Shown piece by piece: positions 55,851 through 64,000 of a DNA stretch of 64,000 nt. This DNA comes from an uncultured Gemmatimonadaceae bacterium (GTDB taxonomy: Bacteria > Gemmatimonadota > Gemmatimonadetes > Gemmatimonadales > Gemmatimonadaceae): contig CAWAGQ010000004.1 in NCBI GenBank assembly GCA_963781585.1, positions 992,001 through 1,056,000 on the forward strand, given 5' to 3'. The notes under the pieces were generated by a model that worked only from the letters and a program-made list of their open reading frames with translations, was not told the DNA's origin and made no database searches. Made by a program: the position numbers and the translations under genes. Every line of letters begins with the position of its first letter. Position 1 is the stretch's first letter.

Positions 55851-57557
55851 CTACCACTTGTCGACGTGCTTCTTGAGTTCCTCGAGGCCGTGATCGGTGG
55901 TGAGCACGAGCAGCCGGTCGCCGGCCAGCAGCTGCACTCCCTTGTGAGGCACCTGCATGTGTTCTCCACGCATGATGGCGATGATCTGTGCGTCGTCGTC
56001 GAGGCGGCCTCCATTCTCCGGCATGACGGTTCCCGCGAACGCACTGTCAGGGCGCAGCACGCCCACGACCAGTCGACGGTCATCGGCCAGCTGCGCCGCC
56101 TCACCCGAGCGAAGCTGCGACAGCAGGGCCAAGTGGTCGGGGTCGAGTGGGCGGGTCAGGCGGCGCTGCTCGAGAATCCGCAGCGCGATGTCGAGGTGCT
56201 CCACATGGTGCGCCGGCGAGTCCGACCGGCGTGGCACCTGTTCCTGGTACAGCCGACGGTAGCGCAGTCGGCTGCTGCCGCGCACCTGGATGATGTAGCT
56301 GAGCATGACTGCCAGCGCGGCCGGCACCAGGAGCGTGTAGCCGCCCGTCATTTCGGTGACCATGATGAGCGACGCCACGGGCACGCGCGCGGCCCCGGCA
56401 AAGACCGCCGCCATGCCGACGATCGCGAACGGCGCGGGAGCCTTGTGAACGGCCACCGCGAAGAACCCGCCCAGCATCGTTCCGATAAACAGGCTCGGTG
56501 CGAAGACTCCACCTGATCCCCCGGAGGAGACCGTCAGACTCATCGCGACCATTTTTGCGAACACGAGCATGAGCAGCGTGGTCGCGAGCATGTTGCCGTC
56601 GATGGCCCGCTGCATCCACCCGTATCCACCCCCGATCACCTGCGGCGCCGCGATCGCCAGTGAGCCCATGAGCAGGCCGCCGATGGCCGGTCTGAGCGGT
56701 GGCGGGACCGGCAACCGGCGGAACAGATCGCGGGTGCCGTAGAAAACCGTCGGAACAACCATCGCGACGATTCCGGCGGCCACGCCGAGCACCGCGAACC
56801 AGGCGTAGTCGAGACTCCCGGGCACCGCCAGGGGGGGTATGCGGAACAGCGGCGTGAAACCGACGAAGATGCCGTTGACAGCGTAGGCCACGATCGACGC
56901 CAGCATCGTGTACAGGAGGGCGCCGGTCTCGAACTCCATGTCGGAGTACAGCACTTCGATGGCAAACAGCGCCGTGCCCACCGGGGATCGGAAGATTGCT
57001 GCGAGACCCGCCGACATGCCGATCAGGAGGAGCAGGCGTCGGTCCTCGGCGTCGCGATGAGTCAGCGACGCGTACCACGACCCGATGCCGGCCGCCATGA
57101 GCGCCGCCGGTCCCTCGCGACCCGCCGAACCGCCGGACCCCACGGTGAGGGCCGATGCGATAAGCTTCAGCGGCGGAACGCGCGCGCGTAGAGCTCCGTC
57201 GGCGCGATGGAAGGCCCGGATGGCCGTGTCGGTGCCGTGTCCTTCGGTTTCGGGGGCCACCTTCCAGGTCAGGAACCCAACCAGCAGCCCGCCGAGTGTG
57301 GTCGCGACGGGAATGAGCCAGAGCCCGTACGGCCCGATCAGCTCGATGGGATTCCCGCCCTCATTGATCAGGCCAGGTGGGTGGTACCCGGCCAGCCGCG
57401 ACAGAAAGACTCCCTGGGCCAGGCGAAGCAGCAGGAGGAATAGCTGTGCTGCGAATGCCCCTCCCACGCCGAGGAGGGCACTGTCGATGATCAGGCGGTG
57501 CTGTCGCTGTACCTCGTCTCTCAGGGGTGGCTCCGGACTCGCGCTTTTCTCTCGCAA
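55851..57557 (-). CDS. ClC family chloride channel/transporter with C-terminal TrkA-C (RCK_C)-like domain
   Basis: GHGTD, GGSAGREGP, SGGSGGVFAP, EMTGGY, LY. C-terminal IIAIMRG..P..L.GDRL. Confidence 0.93.
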   Translation of the reverse strand: MREKSASPEPPLRDEVQRQHRLIIDSALLGVGGAFAAQLFLLLLRLAQGVFLSRLAGYHPPGLINEGGNPIELIGPYGLWLIPVATTLGGLLVGFLTWKVAPETEGHGTDTAIRAFHRADGALRARVPPLKLIASALTVGSGGSAGREGPAALMAAGIGSWYASLTHRDAEDRRLLLLIGMSAGLAAIFRSPVGTALFAIEVLYSDMEFETGALLYTMLASIVAYAVNGIFVGFTPLFRIPPLAVPGSLDYAWFAVLGVAAGIVAMVVPTVFYGTRDLFRRLPVPPPLRPAIGGLLMGSLAIAAPQVIGGGYGWMQRAIDGNMLATTLLMLVFAKMVAMSLTVSSGGSGGVFAPSLFIGTMLGGFFAVAVHKAPAPFAIVGMAAVFAGAARVPVASLIMVTEMTGGYTLLVPAALAVMLSYIIQVRGSSRLRYRRLYQEQVPRRSDSPAHHVEHLDIALRILEQRRLTRPLDPDHLALLSQLRSGEAAQLADDRRLVVGVLRPDSAFAGTVMPENGGRLDDDAQIIAIMRGEHMQVPHKGVQLLAGDRLLVLTTDHGLEELKKHVDKW

Positions 57558-57634
57558 CGTAGCCGGGTGGCCAACCTCGCGCCATGCTTGCGCACCGGCA
57601 TCCCAGGTCCGTGCGGCGGCGACGGTTGGACCGC

Positions 57635-58003
57635 CTACGCGGACTTATCGCACCTCAGTTCAATGCGAACCATGGAGCTCGGATCGCCAACGGCGGGACG
57701 AGCCGGCTGGCGAATGCCCGTGAACGCCTGTTCCCAGCGCAGGTATCGCGTTCCCTCGTCCGGGAGCGACAAGGTAACGGTCGCGCCTGGCGACACCGTT
57801 CCGAGCGGCCGTCGAGTCCCGCGAGCGTCGTATGCGATGATGTCGATGTCCTGCGGGAGACGATTCGAGACCGTCGCCACACCACCGTACTCGCACGACG
57901 ATGCCGGCGCGGGCGCCGCGGAGCGTGACGAGTGCTGCGTGCAGCCCGACAACGGCGGCGCGCCTGCGATGACAACGAGCTCGATGAGGCGGATAACCCG
58001 CAT
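57635..58003 (-). CDS. Hypothetical lipoprotein
   Basis: Lipobox LSG-C, LGTVSPG beta-sandwich-like segment. Start uncertain. Confidence 0.5.
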   Translation of the reverse strand: MRVIRLIELVVIAGAPPLSGCTQHSSRSAAPAPASSCEYGGVATVSNRLPQDIDIIAYDARGTRRPLGTVSPGATVTLSLPDEGTRYLRWEQAFTGIRQPARPAVGDPSSMVRIELRCDKSA

Positions 58004-58203
58004 CGATATTGCCCTGCGCACGGGAACGTGGACCACACGCAGCACCGACATGCTGACACCGGCCCAGCAGGAATGTTGACCTATCCCTCGCGGCAGGGGA
58101 AGACGGCGTCGCCTGCCGGTATCACCGGTGCCCTGCAGCGAACGCCGGGCGCGTAGCGCCGCGATCGCGCGATTCGTACCGTCCATCCGGTAGTGGCTGA
58201 TCG

Positions 58204-59463
58204 TCAGGCGGGAGCGGAAGGTAGGGCAGACGCCTCGCCCGGAGGCTCAGCCGGCGGCGGCGATCCTGGCGCCGCGGCTCTGGGAAGCTGGTCGAGCCAG
58301 CGGAGCAGCGGCGGCATCGTGCTCCCCTGAACGATCAGCGAGAACGCGACCACCGCGAACGTGACGCGAACAATCTGCTCGCGAAACGCCAGACCGGGTG
58401 GCAGGCCCAGCGCCAGCGCAAGGGCAAGCGCGCCGCGCAATCCGCCCCAGAAGAGTACGTGCTGATGGCGGCGCTCCACGCGATGCCGGGTGGGCGCGAT
58501 GACTGCGCACAGCGGATAGATCGCGACGGCGCGGGCCGCGAGGACGAGAGGAATGGCCACCACCGCCGATGCGACAGCGGTCAGAAAATCCTCCCTCACT
58601 TCGCGCATACCGATCAGCAGAAAGATCAGCGAATTCACCACGAACGCGGCGTACGCCCAGAAGCCGTCGACCGCCTCGCGCCCGCGCTGCGAAATGGCAC
58701 CCATCGATACGCCGAGGTTGCCCACGATGAGTCCGGCCGTGAGGCACGCGAGGACGCCCGAAAAGTGGCGCTGTTCGGCCAGAATGAACGAGCCGTATGC
58801 GGCGACGGTGGTGAACGTGATTTCGACCAGGTGATCTGTGGTGCGTCCGGCAAGCAGCAGCGCCACTCCGGCGACCACGCCGCCGACGACGATGGCGCCC
58901 CCGATGGTACGCAGAATGTCGAGCCCGATGGCCGCGGCGCCGCCTCCCGTCCCTGCGGCGGCGAACGCCAGCGCCGTAGCGAACAGGATCGCCGCAGTGG
59001 AATCGTTGAACAGGCTCTCGGCTTCCACCAGCAGTCGGAGCCGCCCGCGCAATCCGGCTTCCCGGAACAGGGCGATCACCGATACCGGGTCGGTCGCCGC
59101 GATGAGCGAGCCGAACAACAGTGACGCGGGTACGGGCCATCCGGCGATGTAGCGCATGCCGGCGGCCGTCACCCCCGCCGAGATCAGCACGCCGGCGGAG
59201 GCGAGCAGCAGCACGACGCCGAAGTCGCGCCACAGTTCCTTCCACTTGAGATCGATCGCCGCTTCAAAGATCAGCGGGGGAAGAAACGCGTTGTAGATGA
59301 GATCGCGTGTGAGGTCCAGTCCCGGAGACACGTCGAAGAACGCGAGGGCGCCACCGGCGACGACCAGCCCGACGCTCGACGGCACATGCAGGCGGCGCGC
59401 GACGATCGCCACCAGCGCGGCGATGAGCAGCAGGATTTCGACGCGATTGAGGATCTGGTCCAC
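58204..59463 (-). CDS. CPA1 family Na+/H+ antiporter (NhaP-like)
   Basis: FLPPLIFEAA, IAATDPVSV, EAESLFND, WGGLRGAL. Confidence 0.94.
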   Translation of the reverse strand: MDQILNRVEILLLIAALVAIVARRLHVPSSVGLVVAGGALAFFDVSPGLDLTRDLIYNAFLPPLIFEAAIDLKWKELWRDFGVVLLLASAGVLISAGVTAAGMRYIAGWPVPASLLFGSLIAATDPVSVIALFREAGLRGRLRLLVEAESLFNDSTAAILFATALAFAAAGTGGGAAAIGLDILRTIGGAIVVGGVVAGVALLLAGRTTDHLVEITFTTVAAYGSFILAEQRHFSGVLACLTAGLIVGNLGVSMGAISQRGREAVDGFWAYAAFVVNSLIFLLIGMREVREDFLTAVASAVVAIPLVLAARAVAIYPLCAVIAPTRHRVERRHQHVLFWGGLRGALALALALGLPPGLAFREQIVRVTFAVVAFSLIVQGSTMPPLLRWLDQLPRAAAPGSPPPAEPPGEASALPSAPA

Positions 59464-59570
59464 GGGTCGCCTCGACGGGGTGTGCGGTTAATGTAGCGGC
59501 GACACGGGGACCGGGACGAACGCGGGGGTGAGCCGGTGACCGCCTGTCCAGACCGTGCGCCGCACCGTGT

Positions 59571-61748
59571 TCAAGGGCGGCCGCTCAAGCCTAACGAGGA
59601 CGGTGCGCTGCGCACGATGTCGAGGCGCAGCTCGGTCCAGCCGTCCACCTGGAAGAAGCGCAGGCGCAGGGCGTGACGCCCCGCCGCGACCGGTACGGCA
59701 TCGACCGCTGACTCGTGCAGGGTCCAGCGATCGATGCGGAGCGTGTCGTCCACCCAGACGCGGATGCCGTCGTCGCTGATTGTCCGCAGGATGTAGGAGC
59801 CTGGCGCCAGATCGACCGCAGTCGTCGCCTCGATCGCAAACCGCGCCTGAGGCAACTCACGAATCGTGGGCCGATACCAGAGATAGTCGAGTCGCGGGGC
59901 GCGCCGCTCCACCAGCGGCTCCGACCGCAGCAGGGCGTCGAAGCGATCCGACGCGGTGCGCGGATCGGTGCTGTCGGCCCAGGCAAAGAAGCGGATGTCC
60001 CAATCGACCCGCGGCTCGAAGTGCTCATACGAAAGGCGCACCGGCGTGCCCGGAGGACGTCGCGTCCCCGTGGACGACACCGTGGCCCTGCCCCGGTATT
60101 CGAGCGTAAGCGTCCAGTCATCCGCAGCTTCAGGCTCGGGCGTCACCGCGATCGTATCTCCCACGCGGCCGGCAGCGCGCGACACCCGACTCACTCCGCG
60201 TCGTGCCACCACGCGCCAGTCACCGGAAGGACCGAGCACGGCGAGCCGGAGCGGAACGGCACGCGTGCTGTCCACAGGCCACAGCCTGGGCGTCCTCCAG
60301 TCATACGGTCCCCATTCGTCCACCACGATCGCGGCTCGGTTCCGGCGGGCGTCGGCCGAAGATGGCGGGCGACGCGGAACGCCGGGAAGCGTGGGAACCC
60401 GCCGCGCCCACTCGCTCGGGACCGCCGGGGCCGGGCAATCGCCCGGCGTCGTGCCTGACGAGTCGTTCTGATCGACCGTCAGGCCGCTGGTATTGGCCGA
60501 CTGAATCCGGATGCGATTGGCGACGAATCTGTTCTGCTCGATCCGGTAGTCGCGACTGCGCGTGTCGCGGTGCCGGGGGTAGCCCCAGTCGGAGGGCTCG
60601 ATGCTGTCCGCCCACAACCGAATGGCCGTGCTGTCGCCGAGAAAGAAGTTTCCGGCAATGACGTTGTCCTGCCCGTGTTCGATGGCCACGCCGGTGTGGT
60701 TCCCGTGAAAGCAGTTGGCGATGACCTGCGATTCGAAGCTGTAACCGCCCCAGAGCCCGTAGTCGCTCCCCGCGGCTCGATTGGCGACGAAACTGTTCCG
60801 ACTGAACGTGGCCTCCATGGCATTGGCGGGCGCGAAGCTGAAATCGTTGCCGACGAACAGATTGTCGTTCGCCCCACCTTCTCCCGTGTCCATGGTGCTC
60901 TGTCCGGCCCAGAGAAAGAGCCCGTCGCCGCCGTGCGTGGCCGAGTTGAATGCGACGATGTTTCGGCTGCTCTGCTCGTACAACAGGATGTCCGCGGAGT
61001 CCTGGCCGCGCCGGTAGAAGCCGTCACTGTAGCCGCGCACGTTGAAGTCGACGCGATTGCGCACAACGGTATTATCGCTCGACCGGTAAAGGCCGATGCC
61101 GACGCCGGAGTTGAACGAGAAGTCGTTGTCCTGGACCCGGAGGTGGTTGCTGCGCACCAGGAGCAGGGCGTTCATCCCCTGGCGGACCACGGAGCGCCGC
61201 ACCGCACCGCCCTGCACGTCCACCAGGTACATCGCAGCGCCGTAGCGGAGCCACTCGTCCTTCTCGTTGTGATGATAGCTGAGCCAGTCGACGAGACTCT
61301 CATGCTCGACCAGGCTGAAGAGACGCGGCTTCCAGTTGTAGCTGGCATCGATGTTCGTGAGCACGAGGTCGCGTGTGCCGCGGGCCAGGATTGCAACCTT
61401 GTAGCCGCGGATGCGCGCGTTGATGATGCGTACGTTTCGGCCGCCATCAATGCGAATGGCAACGCCGGTGGCGAGGTCGGGGGCGGCGGCGGCCGCAGTA
61501 CCCTGGAGCGTGGCGCCGTCGAAGTCCACGGTTACATCGTCGCCACGAACCACGATCAGCGAGGAATCGAGACCACCTGGTGCCGGCAGCCGATACACCT
61601 CGGGGACGACGCGCACCGACTGCGAGATGACCATCCCTGAGCGCAGCCGGATCCGTTCCTGGGCGCTTGATGCGCGCGCGAATCCGAGCGCGCACACCCC
61701 AACCGCGAGGGACACCCGGACCGCGCCGCAGGGTAGCGGCAATCTCAC
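59571..61748 (-). CDS. Secreted right-handed parallel beta-helix (NosD/pectin lyase-like) protein with C-terminal PA14 domain
   Basis: Signal peptide, stacked Asn-rich repeats (NDFSFN, NxFxxN), PA14 signature ISDDGIRVWVD...IDRW. Confidence 0.85.
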   Translation of the reverse strand: MRLPLPCGAVRVSLAVGVCALGFARASSAQERIRLRSGMVISQSVRVVPEVYRLPAPGGLDSSLIVVRGDDVTVDFDGATLQGTAAAAAPDLATGVAIRIDGGRNVRIINARIRGYKVAILARGTRDLVLTNIDASYNWKPRLFSLVEHESLVDWLSYHHNEKDEWLRYGAAMYLVDVQGGAVRRSVVRQGMNALLLVRSNHLRVQDNDFSFNSGVGIGLYRSSDNTVVRNRVDFNVRGYSDGFYRRGQDSADILLYEQSSRNIVAFNSATHGGDGLFLWAGQSTMDTGEGGANDNLFVGNDFSFAPANAMEATFSRNSFVANRAAGSDYGLWGGYSFESQVIANCFHGNHTGVAIEHGQDNVIAGNFFLGDSTAIRLWADSIEPSDWGYPRHRDTRSRDYRIEQNRFVANRIRIQSANTSGLTVDQNDSSGTTPGDCPAPAVPSEWARRVPTLPGVPRRPPSSADARRNRAAIVVDEWGPYDWRTPRLWPVDSTRAVPLRLAVLGPSGDWRVVARRGVSRVSRAAGRVGDTIAVTPEPEAADDWTLTLEYRGRATVSSTGTRRPPGTPVRLSYEHFEPRVDWDIRFFAWADSTDPRTASDRFDALLRSEPLVERRAPRLDYLWYRPTIRELPQARFAIEATTAVDLAPGSYILRTISDDGIRVWVDDTLRIDRWTLHESAVDAVPVAAGRHALRLRFFQVDGWTELRLDIVRSAPSSLGLSGRP

Positions 61749-62050
61749 GGCGCGTGCCGGCCCTTCGGCTTGCCAAAGAGGACGAGCAATTCGTGCGTGG
61801 CCCGTTCCGGTCGGCGGCGGCGGGCCGCGGGCAGGCCCTTCCCAGCCCGATTGATGCAGAAGAACATGAACATCGACATCGCCGAGCGACAGGCACCGGC
61901 CTTGCGTCGCCAGCTCCGCTCGGCCGATCGCTTCAATGATCGCGCGATGGCACGCCGGTCATCGAACGCCAATACGCCGCGATCCAGATCGGCCGCATTG
62001 CTCCGCCCGGTGACCCGCTCCGACCAACATGCCCCGGCGCCCTTCCCCAT
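61745..62050 (-). CDS. DUF3175-like protein, degenerate
   Basis: WSERVT..SNA.DL..GV...D...IARSLKRSAERS.RRK....SAMSM....INRAGK.L matches the DUF3175 pattern as I recall it, with several odd substitutions. Confidence 0.65.
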   Translation of the reverse strand: MGKGAGACWSERVTGRSNAADLDRGVLAFDDRRAIARSLKRSAERSWRRKAGACRSAMSMFMFFCINRAGKGLPAARRRRPERATHELLVLFGKPKGRHAP

Positions 62051-62066
62051 CGTCCAACCTGATCGA

Positions 62067-62573
62067 TCAGCCGCCCTTGTGGCTGATGGCGTAGACATAC
62101 GCAGCAACCGCCTTGATCTGATCCTGGGTGAGGTTCGCGCCTCCCATGGGAAGCATCGGGCCCGGAAACGGCGGCGTGGGGTTGGGCATGCCTTCGGTCA
62201 CGCGCTTCTGGATGAACGCATACGTTCCATCTCCGGTCTGCCACAGAGAATCGACCAGCGACGGGGCGAGCTGCGTGCCCTTGGCGTCGACGCCGTGACA
62301 GGTGAAGCAGGCGCCGCTGGCGACCTGACCATGGAAGATGCTGTCGCCGAGGGCGACCATTTCCGCCGTGGCACCGGCTGGTGGCGCCCCGGGCGTCGGA
62401 GGCGCGGCCATCGCCATGGCGGCGGTATCCGGGGCCATTGCCATCCCGGTGTCCGTCTGCGCCGCCTTCTCGCCCCCTCCCCCGCACGCGTTCATGGTGA
62501 ACGCGAGCGCCAGTCCGAATGCCGCCACCGGGCGTGCTCGGCGCAAGAGATCCCCGGAATCGCACGTACGCAT
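62067..62573 (-). CDS. Monoheme c-type cytochrome lipoprotein
   Basis: GGAGG RBS, lipobox MNA-C, CFTCH heme motif, distal PMLPMGG Met ligand candidates. Confidence 0.9.
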   Translation of the reverse strand: MRTCDSGDLLRRARPVAAFGLALAFTMNACGGGGEKAAQTDTGMAMAPDTAAMAMAAPPTPGAPPAGATAEMVALGDSIFHGQVASGACFTCHGVDAKGTQLAPSLVDSLWQTGDGTYAFIQKRVTEGMPNPTPPFPGPMLPMGGANLTQDQIKAVAAYVYAISHKGG

Positions 62574-62867
62574 GTCATCCTCCATTCTTGCCGTTGGGTT
62601 GAAACTATCATAGCGCATCGCATGGTCACTGTGGCGGCGGGGCCATGGCGCAGCTGAGGGCGATTCTCGCGGCTGCCCCTGCTTGCGGTCCCCGGACCGA
62701 CGTCACCGGCCATGCGGCGAAGTCGTGTACATTCCGACAGCGTCAACAATATCATGTTGTCGTTCGATTTGGCATGGCCGCCCCGCCGGTCTCCTCGGTT
62801 CGGGCCAGGGATCGCGGCCCCCCGGGGTGTGCTCCACCGTCCGATCATCTGCCGGAAGAGATTCTCC

Positions 62868-64000
62868 ATGATACCGCCGCCATATCGCCGGGCCCGGTCG
62901 CTACGCCTAACGCCTGTCGCGCTCTGTGCGCTGCTGACCGCGGTCGCGGTGTGTCCGGCAAGGGCGCAGGGCATCCCGGCTCGCCTCGACGACAGTACGT
63001 TCTGGCAGATGATCTCCGACCTGTCGGAGCCGGGCGGAACGTTCCGATCGGACAACTTCGTCTCGAATGAGGCGGCCTATCAGTACGTCATCCCGGGACT
63101 GCTGTCCCGCGTTCGGCCCGGCGGCGTGTACCTCGGTGTGGGTCCCGACCAGAATTTCACGTACATCGCGGCGTTTGTCCCGCGGATTGCGTTCATCGTC
63201 GACATCCGCCGTCAGAACCTGGTCCAGCACCTGATGTACAAGGCGCTGATCGAGGACTCGGCCGACCGCCCAGAGTTCGTATCCCGGCTCTTCTCTCGAC
63301 CACGACCGGCCGGGCTCGATACCAGCATGAGCGCGGAGGTCATCCTGGACGCGTATGCAGCGGTGGCACCCGACTCGGCGATGTTCCGCCGCACGCTGAC
63401 CGCGATCCGGGAGCGCCTCCTGTCAGCACACGGGTTTGCGCTCACCCATGAGGACCTGAACTCGCTGGACTATGTCTTCGGGGCGTTCTACCGCGCGGGT
63501 CCCGACATCACGTACTCCTTCGGGTCTGCCGGGCGCAACTATGGTGGATACGGCATGCCCACCTATGCGCAGCTGATGCTGGAGACCGACGGGCACGGTG
63601 TCGACCGGAGCTACCTCGGCAGCGAGTCGACCTATCGCACACTCAAGGAACTGGAGGAGCAGAACCTGATCGTTCCGCTGGTGGGGGACTTCGCCGGGCC
63701 GCAGGCGCTGCGTGCGGTGGGAGAGTATCTGAAGGCGCATGGCGCCGCCGTGTCGATATTCTACACGTCCAACGTCGAGATGTATCTGTTCCAGGACCCG
63801 GACGCGTGGAAGCGATTCTACAGCAGCGTGTCGACTCTGCCGATCGATTCCACCAGTACGTTCATCCGGTCGCTCTCGAATCGCGGCTGGGTGACGAGCC
63901 AGAATCCGAATTCGCGGTCGGCGCAGCTCGTGGCATCAATGGCCGATCTCGTGGACGCCTTTGCGCACGGGCGTATCGAATCCTACTACAGCATCATCCA
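62868..64000 (+). CDS. Conserved hypothetical exported protein, 3' end beyond window
   Basis: Not in the ORF track. ATG 62868, signal peptide (ARA-Q), LSEPGGTFRSDNFVSNE, GGVYLGVGPDQNFTY, VDIRRQN, GDFAG, FYTSNVEMYL. The motifs hint at a methyltransferase-like Rossmann fold. Confidence 0.85.
   Translation, partial: MIPPPYRRARSLRLTPVALCALLTAVAVCPARAQGIPARLDDSTFWQMISDLSEPGGTFRSDNFVSNEAAYQYVIPGLLSRVRPGGVYLGVGPDQNFTYIAAFVPRIAFIVDIRRQNLVQHLMYKALIEDSADRPEFVSRLFSRPRPAGLDTSMSAEVILDAYAAVAPDSAMFRRTLTAIRERLLSAHGFALTHEDLNSLDYVFGAFYRAGPDITYSFGSAGRNYGGYGMPTYAQLMLETDGHGVDRSYLGSESTYRTLKELEEQNLIVPLVGDFAGPQALRAVGEYLKAHGAAVSIFYTSNVEMYLFQDPDAWKRFYSSVSTLPIDSTSTFIRSLSNRGWVTSQNPNSRSAQLVASMADLVDAFAHGRIESYYSII

Noticed and set aside
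62599..62611. FNR-like box upstream of the cytochrome c gene (TTGAA-ACT-ATCAT)
   Set aside because: Spacer is 3 nt rather than 4 and both half-sites mismatch.
1..64000. CRISPR arrays, tRNA/rRNA, IS elements, prophage or defence genes
   Set aside because: No spaced direct repeats, cloverleafs, or transposase, integrase or phage motifs found by eye; tRNAscan-SE and Infernal would be needed to exclude small RNAs.

Overview
GC-rich bacterial chromosomal segment. The gene mix (PadR plus duplicated orphan ABC permease, two large secreted BNR/VPS10-like beta-propeller proteins with Gly/Arg-rich inserts, secreted amidohydrolase and peptidases) suggests Gemmatimonadota or Acidobacteriota; this is an inference from gene content. 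There are about 47 protein-coding genes. I saw no rRNA, tRNA, CRISPR array, transposase or integrase. Recognisable genes include a GH38 alpha-mannosidase running off the left edge (missed by the ORF track), DedA, Mn-SOD, speA, an ABC-2 exporter, a CstB-like MBL-rhodanese fusion, GH15, M28 and DmpA-type peptidases, a MacAB-type efflux set, ClC, a CPA1 Na+/H+ antiporter and a cytochrome c lipoprotein. The best candidates for uncharacterised systems are: (1) a coupled five-gene operon (RraA/HMG-type aldolase, class V aminotransferase, dicarboxylate/amino acid symporter, divergent LeuC/LeuD-like hydro-lyase) that looks like a complete catabolic route for an unknown amino-carboxylate; (2) a GcvT-like THF-dependent protein coupled to two paralogous phytoene-dehydrogenase-like flavoproteins, possibly a split N-demethylase; (3) a ubiquitin-fold MoaD/ThiS protein paired with a His/Cys-rich beta-propeller, with no activating enzyme nearby; (4) an orphan GspE/PilB ATPase with an MshEN c-di-GMP motif beside a diguanylate cyclase; (5) a TCCCCGG-N7-CCGGGGA operator found both at padR and 4 kb away. 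Sequence-level oddities are an 11-unit heptamer tandem array, a 46-bp spacerless palindrome, a one-base frameshift in a second orphan permease, a Walker A G-to-E change and an unannotated 57-aa ORF. All product calls come from motif recognition by eye; no database searches were run.
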